Shown piece by piece: positions 5,410-12,511 of a DNA stretch of 20,855 bases. A model generated the notes under the pieces. That model did no database searches. It was not told where the DNA came from and saw only the letters and a list, made by a program, of their open reading frames with translations. Each line of letters starts with the position of its first letter. Positions within the stretch are counted from its first letter, which is position 1. The DNA comes from a virus (taxonomy: Duplodnaviria > Heunggongvirae > Uroviricota > Caudoviricetes): IMG/VR virus record IMGVR_UViG_3300042691_014730, positions 1 to 20,855 of that record; one strand, 5' to 3'. The position numbers and the translations under genes were made by a program.

Positions 5410-6021
5410 ATGATTAGTATATTGGACGTTAGTATTATTAACCAGATTCCTAAAGAAGGCATAATAGCCTTTATAAACGATTCTGATAAAAAGGTATTAA
5501 TCGTACAGGGTAGTAATTTATTAGCTCTCCTAGGGCGTATTATGAGCGAATTACAACAAGGTATTTATACACACCAAGAGGTTATAGAAGATTATAATAA
5601 ACTAAAGATAGTAGTTCTAGAAACACAATCGGACATCACAATTAGGTACTTACAGATGTCATACTGGTATGATTACTTCGTTAATAACGGTTATACGCTG
5701 TATTCAAAGACTAAGTACTCAGTATATAGGGTAAGATCAAGAATCGTGTATAAACGAATAGGAAGCACGTTAATGAACGTAAATGTTGAACTAGTTAGTA
5801 CTAGAGGTAATACGATATTAGTAGGAGTATTTAAAACAATGTTAGAAGCTAATGAGTTTATAGAAACTTATTACAGTCAAACTACTAATCAGTATAAGCT
5901 TCCAATACTAGCTAATAACGATTTGACAAAAGCTTACTACCAAGATAAAACGAGTCGAAGGAGCGAAGCGACTGACGCAGTTACCTATGGGTTGGTAGAT
6001 AGTACGTTAGAAAAAATCTAA
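5410..6021 (+). CDS. hypothetical protein with degenerate GIY-YIG-like N-terminal domain
   Basis: AAGGA SD; GIIAFIN..KKVLIVQGSNL..L ... IVVLE ... YWYDYF.NNGY follows the GIY-YIG pattern but lacks the catalytic residues. Confidence 0.6.
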   Translation: MISILDVSIINQIPKEGIIAFINDSDKKVLIVQGSNLLALLGRIMSELQQGIYTHQEVIEDYNKLKIVVLETQSDITIRYLQMSYWYDYFVNNGYTLYSKTKYSVYRVRSRIVYKRIGSTLMNVNVELVSTRGNTILVGVFKTMLEANEFIETYYSQTTNQYKLPILANNDLTKAYYQDKTSRRSEATDAVTYGLVDSTLEKI

Positions 6022-6086
6022 ATTCCAAACAAGTTGTTATTTAGGTACACATTTACTTATATGTATAGTTTATATGTATAGGCAAC

Positions 6087-6145
6087 ATTCTGACCCACCT
6101 TGTGGGCATATTTTGACCCACCTCTGGGCATATTCTGACCCACCT
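6087..6145 (+). repeat. three iteron-like direct repeats (22-23 bp period)
   Basis: ATTYTGACCCACCT at 6087, 6110 and 6132, joined by (T)GTGGGC/CTGGGC-type spacers ending in AT. Confidence 0.9.
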
Positions 6146-6173
6146 AAAGGTGATTATTTTGTGTAAAAAGTGC

Positions 6174-6202
6174 TTGACAAAAAACTAAAAGTGTGGTATT
6201 AT
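6174..6202 (+). promoter_or_regulatory. sigma70-type promoter with extended -10
   Basis: TTGACA (6174-6179), 17-bp spacer, TG-n-TATTAT (6197-6202), upstream of the AAGGGAG SD and the ATG at 6227. Confidence 0.85.
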
Positions 6203-6226
6203 AGAAACAACATAAGGGAGAATTAT

Positions 6227-6649
6227 ATGGAACACAATCAAATTTTAGTAACATTAGCAGTATTGGCAGTATTTAGAGCAGTTGAAGCATTAGTGGTTAA
6301 GTTTATGTTTTTACGTACAATGAGAACTATGTCTTTTAATCCAGATGAGAGTCAAGGATTAATACAATACGTAGGTGGAGACACTAATCTAACTATAGCA
6401 GAAAGAGCTATTAAGCGTATTCAATCACTTGGTGCTGAAAATAGTGGTATTGAACTTAGAAAGGATAAAGCGTACCTAGGTAAGAACACAGAACACGGTC
6501 CAGTATTCGAGGATGTTGATGTAGCTTTCTTTTTAGGAGTTGAATTACCTATTAGTCACGAAGATCATGAAGAAGTTGCTAAAGCTTATAAAAATGAACA
6601 GTTTAGAAAGCAGAACGAAGAGAAAAAACAAATCCTTTCAGTACTTTAA
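6227..6649 (+). CDS. N-terminally membrane-anchored hypothetical protein, 140 aa
   Basis: Start reassigned to ATG 6227 (AAGGGAG SD, downstream of the promoter); hydrophobic ILVTLAVLAVFRAVEALVVKFMF. Confidence 0.8.
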   Translation: MEHNQILVTLAVLAVFRAVEALVVKFMFLRTMRTMSFNPDESQGLIQYVGGDTNLTIAERAIKRIQSLGAENSGIELRKDKAYLGKNTEHGPVFEDVDVAFFLGVELPISHEDHEEVAKAYKNEQFRKQNEEKKQILSVL

Positions 6650-6657
6650 GGAGTTAT

Positions 6658-6804
6658 ATGATAATTTTTGTAATGTTTGCTGTAATTGTAACAGCCAGCT
6701 TAGAAAGATCACAAATCGAAACTAACGCTAAAAGTAATGAAGAATACGTAAGAAGACAACATGAAGCAAGTAGAAACTGGATTAGAGACAGGGAGAGATA
6801 TTAG
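6658..6804 (+). CDS. 48-aa protein with hydrophobic N-terminus (not in ORF track)
   Basis: MIIFVMFAVIVTASLERSQIETNAKSNEEYVRRQHEASRNWIRDRERY; AAGGAG SD; TAG overlaps the next GTG start. Confidence 0.7.
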   Translation: MIIFVMFAVIVTASLERSQIETNAKSNEEYVRRQHEASRNWIRDRERY

Positions 6805-7097
6805 TGGTAACTCCTAACTACAAGTTAATATACGGTATTATCAAAGGATTAGAGGCTCTAGAAGATACTCATGGTATAGACGTATATGGTGACGAAATAG
6901 TTAAAATGACTAGTATTTTGTGTCCGCTTATTAGTGTAGACTTTCCAGATAGTTATGAACAATGGAACGATTATTTTGAGAAAGCATTTGAATATGGTAT
7001 TAAACAACGTAAAAGGCTAAAGAAAGATCAAATTAAAACGTTTATTGTTCATTGTTTTGATATAGATAAGTCTTTGGAACTGTTAAAGGATTTGTAA
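6804..7097 (+). CDS. hypothetical protein, 97 aa
   Basis: ORF track; GGGAG SD, GTG start. Confidence 0.75.
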   Translation: MVTPNYKLIYGIIKGLEALEDTHGIDVYGDEIVKMTSILCPLISVDFPDSYEQWNDYFEKAFEYGIKQRKRLKKDQIKTFIVHCFDIDKSLELLKDL

Positions 7098-7249
7098 TGT
7101 ATATGTTAATAGGAATGGCTACAATTGGATTCTCAATCTCAGCTGGCGGTGCTTTGATGTTAGGCAAGAACTATATGAGAGGAGTTCAGTTAATTATACT
7201 AGGTCATGCTGTTATGGGGACAGCTATGATATTGAAAGGATTGATTTAG
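7097..7249 (+). CDS. 50-aa two-helix membrane protein (not in ORF track)
   Basis: MYMLIGMATIGFSISAGGALMLGKNYMRGVQLIILGHAVMGTAMILKGLI; AAGGA SD, TAATG coupling. Confidence 0.7.
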   Translation: MYMLIGMATIGFSISAGGALMLGKNYMRGVQLIILGHAVMGTAMILKGLI

Positions 7250-7250
7250 T

Positions 7251-7595
7251 ATGGATATTAAAAAAGTTAAAAAACTACATTTCCATCCATTCGACTACAA
7301 GGTTAAGTACACTAAAGACAAACGATTTGTTACTAGAGACTTTGGTGAAACTAACTTAAACGATAAGTGGATAAAAATAGCGGACGTTAATGACGAGAAA
7401 GTTATGAAACATACGCTTCTACATGAGGCAGTTCACGTTATTTTAGAAGATGTTATCGAAACTACTGCTAAAATCAAAGATTTAGAAGACAGAGAAGAAG
7501 CTATTGTTAGATTAATAAGTCCAAGATTACAAGCATTTATGGAATCTAATCCTGAATTTATGAAATGTTTTCTCCCAAAGGAAGACGATGAGTGA
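7251..7595 (+). CDS. HExxH metallopeptidase-like phage protein
   Basis: TLLHEAVHVILE zincin motif preceded by FGET...IKI, followed by EE. Confidence 0.75.
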   Translation: MDIKKVKKLHFHPFDYKVKYTKDKRFVTRDFGETNLNDKWIKIADVNDEKVMKHTLLHEAVHVILEDVIETTAKIKDLEDREEAIVRLISPRLQAFMESNPEFMKCFLPKEDDE

Positions 7596-7776
7596 AATTA
7601 AGTGTTCTTGTCCGTATTGCGGATTTACTGTAACTATCCCAGAAGGTCATGATAAAGAACATGATAAGATTTGTTGCATGAATTGTAATAAAGCTTTCCC
7701 TTTACCAACTTTAAGTGCTCGTAATCAATTAAAATTTTTAGAAAAAGAAGATGAAACGGACGATTGGTTTGAATGA
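7588..7776 (+). CDS. small zinc-ribbon protein
   Basis: CPYC...CMNC pairs, acidic tail. Confidence 0.75.
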   Translation: MSEIKCSCPYCGFTVTIPEGHDKEHDKICCMNCNKAFPLPTLSARNQLKFLEKEDETDDWFE

Positions 7777-8096
7777 AAGGTAAGATTTATTTAAATTCGT
7801 TGAGAAAAGGGTATTTTAAAGTACCTTATCAGATTAAGTCTATGGATTTAAATAGTAAGTCTATTCTAATTTATATGTATTTATGTTCTTATAGTGAAGA
7901 TTTTAATCCTTCAGTTCGTTATTTGGCTTCTGAATTAGGTATTTCTAAAGCTAAGGTAAAGGAATCATTAGATGAATTAATAAATAAAGGTATTATACAG
8001 TTAATAAAACAAGGTAATAGAACAAAACCCAACGAGTATATGTTCAATTCACCTAAAAAATGGAGAAAAGATGGAATTAATGGCGAACGCAATTAG
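7773..8096 (+). CDS. stand-alone winged helix-turn-helix protein (replication-initiator N-terminal-like)
   Basis: YFKVP...IYMYLCS...PSVRYLASELGISKAKVKESLDELINKGII...N.Y matches the wHTH of phage initiator/replisome-organiser proteins. Confidence 0.8.
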   Translation: MKGKIYLNSLRKGYFKVPYQIKSMDLNSKSILIYMYLCSYSEDFNPSVRYLASELGISKAKVKESLDELINKGIIQLIKQGNRTKPNEYMFNSPKKWRKDGINGERN

Positions 8097-8250
8097 AAGT
8101 GTTATTGTAATAATTTGTGTGTGTATGGTTTTATATGGTTTAAAAGGTCGATCTGATAAAATAAAGGATATAATGGTGAAAAGCGATGAGCAAAGTAAAA
8201 GAAAAACTTGTTTTCAAAGCCCCAAAAACAAGAAAGCCAGTTGCGACTAA
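8080..8250 (+). CDS. 56-aa membrane-anchored peptide (not in ORF track)
   Basis: MANAIRSVIVIICVCMVLYGLKGRSDKIKDIMVKSDEQSKRKTCFQSPKNKKASCD; weak SD. Confidence 0.5.
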   Translation: MANAIRSVIVIICVCMVLYGLKGRSDKIKDIMVKSDEQSKRKTCFQSPKNKKASCD

Positions 8251-8344
8251 GGCAAATTCTATACATAAGTCTAAAAAAGACTATAAACGCTTAAAAATTC
8301 GTAATAATTGTTTACGAAAAGAACTTAGTGCTATAGAAAATTAA
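8186..8344 (+). CDS. 52-aa highly basic peptide (not in ORF track)
   Basis: MSKVKEKLVFKAPKTRKPVATKANSIHKSKKDYKRLKIRNNCLRKELSAIEN; GGTG SD; fills the gap before 8380. Confidence 0.6.
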   Translation: MSKVKEKLVFKAPKTRKPVATKANSIHKSKKDYKRLKIRNNCLRKELSAIEN

Positions 8345-8349
8345 CAACT
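8341..8349 (+). promoter_or_regulatory. TTAACAACT candidate late-promoter motif
   Basis: Recurs at gene junctions (5290, 8341, 9385, 11721, 20612). Confidence 0.45.
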
Positions 8350-8379
8350 GTTTCTATACATTAACTAGGGAAAAGTTTT

Positions 8380-8601
8380 ATGGCTGAAGAAATTAACAAA
8401 TCTACGTGTAGGGTGTGTGGTGAGATCAAGACTCGTATTCAAGCGGGTGAATTTGATTCTAAAAACAAAAGGTGGATTGATGAAACAGGAAAACAATGGA
8501 ACGGAAGAAAGTGTCCAGACTGCGTTGTCCAAATCCAAAAAGAAAAACAAAGAGAAAGAAGAGCAAAAGCTAAAAAAAGACTCGAAGAACTCTTCTCATA
8601 G
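8380..8601 (+). CDS. zinc-finger protein with basic helical tail
   Basis: CRVC...CPDC; AGGG SD; K/R-rich C-terminus. Confidence 0.8.
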   Translation: MAEEINKSTCRVCGEIKTRIQAGEFDSKNKRWIDETGKQWNGRKCPDCVVQIQKEKQRERRAKAKKRLEELFS

Positions 8602-8664
8602 GTGTCCTTTTTGTGAAATACCTTGTGGTTATACTCATTGTACTTACAACAATAAGGATTAAAG

Positions 8665-8970
8665 ATGAAAGAAGACTTAGAGTATTCAACCGCCGAACTG
8701 ATAATCTCTCATATAGAAGAAACAAACTATATTATTGGAAATATAAGGGAATTTCAGGAATTGATTCTGAACGTATCCGATCCGCATCTCAAGATTTTAT
8801 ACGAGGAAGACGTTCAATCTGAAACAAAACAGTTAATGAAAGTATGCGAAAATCTTAGGTTCTTATTAACTAATTATATTAACGAATGTAATCAATTTAA
8901 TAGACCTATAGATATAAATTTTTATAGAGTTTACAAGGAATTACATAAACTTGGAGATTTAGATGGCTAA
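8665..8970 (+). CDS. hypothetical helical protein, 101 aa
   Basis: ORF track; AAGGA SD. Confidence 0.75.
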   Translation: MKEDLEYSTAELIISHIEETNYIIGNIREFQELILNVSDPHLKILYEEDVQSETKQLMKVCENLRFLLTNYINECNQFNRPIDINFYRVYKELHKLGDLDG

Positions 8971-9388
8971 TAGTAACAGATATTTTATCTGGAATAAGAA
9001 TGAAGATATCAAAATTAGTAAGAACTTCAACACTAAAGAATTTCAGTGTCAATGTTCTAGACCAGCGTGTGTTGAACAACGTATCTCTTTGGATTTAATA
9101 GAAAAACTAGAACAAATTAGGTCCCAAGTAGGACAACCTTTAATAGTTACATCAGGTTACCGTTGTTTTAACCACCAACAGGACCTTAAAGATAAAGGTA
9201 CCGTGGCAACTGTTATTGCTCAAAAATCAACCCACGTTCTAGGTGACGCTGCAGACATTAAAATCCCTAAAAACAATACTATAGAACAATTTCTTGAGAA
9301 ATGTGAACCGCATTTTGAAAGCATAGGAGTAGCTAATACTTTTTTACACTTAGACCTTAGAAAAGGTAAAAGACGTTGGAATTATTAA
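8963..9388 (+). CDS. peptidase M15 (Peptidase_M15_3/YcbK-like) endolysin
   Basis: NFNTKEFQCQC, LEQIR, TSGYRC, STHVLGDAADI (SxH-x6-D Zn ligands) and HLDLR; GGAG SD. Confidence 0.88.
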   Translation: MANSNRYFIWNKNEDIKISKNFNTKEFQCQCSRPACVEQRISLDLIEKLEQIRSQVGQPLIVTSGYRCFNHQQDLKDKGTVATVIAQKSTHVLGDAADIKIPKNNTIEQFLEKCEPHFESIGVANTFLHLDLRKGKRRWNY

Positions 9389-9393
9389 CAACT
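9385..9393 (+). promoter_or_regulatory. TTAACAACT candidate late-promoter motif
   Basis: At the endolysin stop, upstream of the holin-like/terS/terL genes. Confidence 0.45.
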
Positions 9394-9495
9394 TTATTCA
9401 AGATTCGACGTTTAGCAATGCCGAATGTTCCTATTGGAACGAATTATTTAAAAGCGGATCACGCAACTTAAGAGTCTTAATTTAAAAGGTACTTT

Positions 9496-9780
9496 ATGGA
9501 AAAAATCAAACAGTTGATCCCTTCGATTCTTTTTGTCTTATTTTGTTTAAAGTCATTATTTATCTCCCCAACAGCCTCAGAAGTAGCAATTTGTGCGATT
9601 TTGGCAGTAATTAGTGCGTTTTTTCATTATGTGGAGAAAATAACCACTGTTAAAAAATTAGAAAAGCAAGTTGAAGAAAATAATAAAAAAGTTAATGAGT
9701 ATATTGACGCTATTACAACATTAAAGAATAATTTAGATTCAGTTAAGATATCAATGAATATGAGGAATACACGTGTCTAA
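9496..9780 (+). CDS. putative holin-like membrane protein (2 TM + coiled coil)
   Basis: Two hydrophobic segments then a charged coiled coil; adjacent to the endolysin. Function inferred from position only. Confidence 0.45.
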   Translation: MEKIKQLIPSILFVLFCLKSLFISPTASEVAICAILAVISAFFHYVEKITTVKKLEKQVEENNKKVNEYIDAITTLKNNLDSVKISMNMRNTRV

Positions 9781-10228
9781 CGATAGCATAGATAAACTAG
9801 CTAAAACTTTCTCTTCTATGGAAGAGTTACAAATATATTGTGACGCTCAGTTTAAAACAATCCAGAAATTAACCAAACAATTAAATGATTCTAGAAAAGA
9901 ACTGGATGAGTTTAAAGAAAAATACATTAAATTAAAAGAAGCTAAACCTTCTCCAGAGGCTATTAAATTAGCTGGCGGAGGAGAGCTAGGTAAATTAGGC
10001 GTTACTGACGAAGAAGCTATTTGTGTAATGCAATTAAACTTCCTAAAACAAATTGCAGTAGTTAGAGAGTTAACTTTAGAAGAATCTAAGAAAGTCGAAA
10101 TTTACGTTAAGACATTAAATACAATTCGTAATGTTCCTAAGAAAATAGAGTTAGAAACTAAAGACATGAGTAATGATCAATTAATTAAGTTAATAGAGGC
10201 ATCGGTTGATAGTTTTGAAAAACAATAA
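9773..10228 (+). CDS. putative terminase small subunit / coiled-coil protein
   Basis: Helical 151 aa; TAATG-coupled to terL. Positional inference only. Confidence 0.45.
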   Translation: MSNDSIDKLAKTFSSMEELQIYCDAQFKTIQKLTKQLNDSRKELDEFKEKYIKLKEAKPSPEAIKLAGGGELGKLGVTDEEAICVMQLNFLKQIAVVRELTLEESKKVEIYVKTLNTIRNVPKKIELETKDMSNDQLIKLIEASVDSFEKQ

Positions 10229-11712
10229 TGAGTCAAACATCGCTTCCTAAGATATCCAAGCTTCAAGCCAAACATGAACTTTGGCGAAGAGGGGAATTAT
10301 CTTGGAAGATGCATTCAGTTCAAAAAGAATTATTCCAATTATACAAAGATTCAGGTGAAAACCAAATTATGGTTTGGTTACTATCTAGACAAACAGGTAA
10401 ATCTTTTTGTTTAGCTCTAATTGCTTGTATGGAATGTATAACTAAACCAAACGCAATTGTTAAATTACTAACAGACACTAAAGTTCACGCTCAAACGATA
10501 TTCGAACCTATCTTTCGGGAAGTATTAGAAGATTGTCCCGAAGACTTAAGACCTGAATATAATAAAAGTTCATATGTTTATTATTTTCCCAATGGTTCAC
10601 AAATACAATTAGCTGGATCAGATGGTGGACACGCTGAAAGACTTAGAGGTCAAAAATCAACATTAGTTCTTATTGACGAAGCAGGGTTTTGTGACAAATT
10701 AAACTATAATGTTCTATCTATTCTATTACCTACTACAACTCATACAGGTGGTAGGATTATTATGGCTTCTACTCCTCCAGAAGACCCTGAACATGAATTT
10801 CTTGAGTTTATTGAAAAAGCAGAAATGTACAATACTTTAATTAAAAAGACAGTATTTGATAATCCTTTATTAACCAAGCAACAAATAGACACTATTATCT
10901 CAAGATTCCCACTAGGAATAAACGATCCTCAATTCAGAAGAGAGTATCTATGTGAAATATTACGAAGTGAGGAGAGATCAGTATTCCCTGAGTTAAACGA
11001 AGAGAAGTTACAAAGTATAGTTGGAGTTTGGGATAAACCAGTTTATTATAATTGTTATGTTGGAATGGATTTAGGATTTGACGACTTTACTGCTGTTATT
11101 TTCCTATATTATGACTTTATGAAAGATAAGATAGTTGTTGAAGATGAGATAGTTATTGAAGGTAAGAACTTGAAATTAGATAGTTTTGGAGAGACAATAT
11201 TAAATAAAGAAAAAGAATTATGGACGAATACTTTAACTAATGAAACAATTAAACCTGACGTTAGATGTAGTGATATCAATAAGATAGTAACCAATGAGAT
11301 AGCTAGACACACTGGATATCAGTTATATTTTTCCGTACCTAAAGGAAAGTTCGATGATAAAGGAGCATCTACTAATAAATTAAGGGTATTATTAGCAAAT
11401 GACAAGATAGTAATTCATCCTAGATGTAAGACACTTATACGACATTTAAAGAACGTTCAATGGAAGAAAAGAACATCTAATAACTCAAGACCTGAGTTTA
11501 AAAGATCAGTAGATGACGGTCACTACGATACGGTAGATGCTTTAATTTATGCTGTGAATTCTATAACTACAACAAAGAATCCTTACCCAGCTGGATATAA
11601 CGTAAATATGCAAAATCTTTATGTTTATGACCAAGATAAGTTTGAACATAAAAACGGTAATTATCAAACTAATAATATCCAAGTCTTGAAGCGTCTATTC
11701 AATAGAAAATAA
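10228..11712 (+). CDS. terL: terminase large subunit
   Basis: Walker A SRQTGKS, Walker B VLIDEAGF, motif III ASTP, nuclease GMDLGFDD and HYDTVDAL. Confidence 0.95.
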   Translation: MSQTSLPKISKLQAKHELWRRGELSWKMHSVQKELFQLYKDSGENQIMVWLLSRQTGKSFCLALIACMECITKPNAIVKLLTDTKVHAQTIFEPIFREVLEDCPEDLRPEYNKSSYVYYFPNGSQIQLAGSDGGHAERLRGQKSTLVLIDEAGFCDKLNYNVLSILLPTTTHTGGRIIMASTPPEDPEHEFLEFIEKAEMYNTLIKKTVFDNPLLTKQQIDTIISRFPLGINDPQFRREYLCEILRSEERSVFPELNEEKLQSIVGVWDKPVYYNCYVGMDLGFDDFTAVIFLYYDFMKDKIVVEDEIVIEGKNLKLDSFGETILNKEKELWTNTLTNETIKPDVRCSDINKIVTNEIARHTGYQLYFSVPKGKFDDKGASTNKLRVLLANDKIVIHPRCKTLIRHLKNVQWKKRTSNNSRPEFKRSVDDGHYDTVDALIYAVNSITTTKNPYPAGYNVNMQNLYVYDQDKFEHKNGNYQTNNIQVLKRLFNRK

Positions 11713-11720
11713 TTCTATAC

Positions 11721-11729
11721 TTAACAACT
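11721..11729 (+). promoter_or_regulatory. TTAACAACT candidate late-promoter motif
   Basis: Intergenic, between terL and the protease/portal genes. Confidence 0.45.
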
Positions 11730-11763
11730 ATAAAAAGCAATTTAAACAAAAAAGGGTGTTAGT

Positions 11764-12504
11764 ATGTGGAAATTCTTAGGTCAATCATTGAAGTGGTCTA
11801 TTTTGGCTGTTTCTGTTTTATTCATTTCTTTAAACGCAAATCGATTACATGAAAGTTATTTGATGGATTATATTGGAAATCAAGTAGTTATGGTTAGAGG
11901 TGAAGGTGGAGGAGGAACAGGATTCCACGTTGAAGCTCCATCTGGAGATGTTTATATTCTGTCAAATAGACACGTTTGTGAGGTTAAAGATTCATCAGGA
12001 AGAGTTAAAATTATAACTCAAGATGGTAAAGTTCATATTAAAAAAGTAATTAAAACTTATAAAAAACATGATCTTTGTCTTATTGAACCAGTTCGAGGTT
12101 ATTCTGGTTTAGAATTAACAGATCATCAAAGTCTACATTCTAAAACATATATTGTTGGTCATCCAGGATTAAGACCATTGACCTTATCTTCTGGTCATTA
12201 TTTAGGAGATGAAACAATAACTATGCAGCTTATTAATATTAAAAAGAATGATTGTTATGGAATTTATGAACAACTAGAAGAAAATTCACTAACTAGATTA
12301 TTCTTTGGTATAGAGTCAGTTTGTTCTGTTTATTATGATACAGTTATGACTGATGCTCCAGTTTATGGTGGTAACTCTGGTTCACCTATGGTTGATTCTC
12401 TAGGTAATGTATGGGGAGTTGTATTCGCTAAATCAATGAACGCTGTTCACAATGGATATATAGTTCCAATTGATTATGTTAAGGATTTTTTAAAGAAATA
12501 TTAG
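11764..12504 (+). CDS. trypsin-like (S1) serine protease with N-terminal signal/anchor
   Basis: GTGF, SNRHVC (His), DLCLI (Asp), GGNSGSP (Ser); hydrophobic WSILAVSVLFISLNA at the N-terminus. Confidence 0.9.
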   Translation: MWKFLGQSLKWSILAVSVLFISLNANRLHESYLMDYIGNQVVMVRGEGGGGTGFHVEAPSGDVYILSNRHVCEVKDSSGRVKIITQDGKVHIKKVIKTYKKHDLCLIEPVRGYSGLELTDHQSLHSKTYIVGHPGLRPLTLSSGHYLGDETITMQLINIKKNDCYGIYEQLEENSLTRLFFGIESVCSVYYDTVMTDAPVYGGNSGSPMVDSLGNVWGVVFAKSMNAVHNGYIVPIDYVKDFLKKY

Positions 12505-12511
12505 GATTCAA

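Noticed and set aside
6087-6145. Repeat arrays (also 4910-4968) as mini-CRISPR
   Set aside because: Spacers are only about 8-10 bp and similar to each other; no cas genes.
6170-6226. Track start at 6170 for the 159-aa ORF
   Set aside because: It overlaps the promoter; ATG 6227 has the SD.
6540-6725. Track ORF of 61 aa
   Set aside because: Overlaps 6227..6649; the SD-led 6658..6804 frame explains the region better.
8613-8822. Track ORF of 69 aa
   Set aside because: Overlaps the SD-led 8665..8970 out of frame; no clear SD.
11992-11998. CTGATGA on the minus strand here and at 16182-16188 as further hammerheads
   Set aside because: No stem II or GAAA at the right distance; inside coding genes, on the antisense strand.
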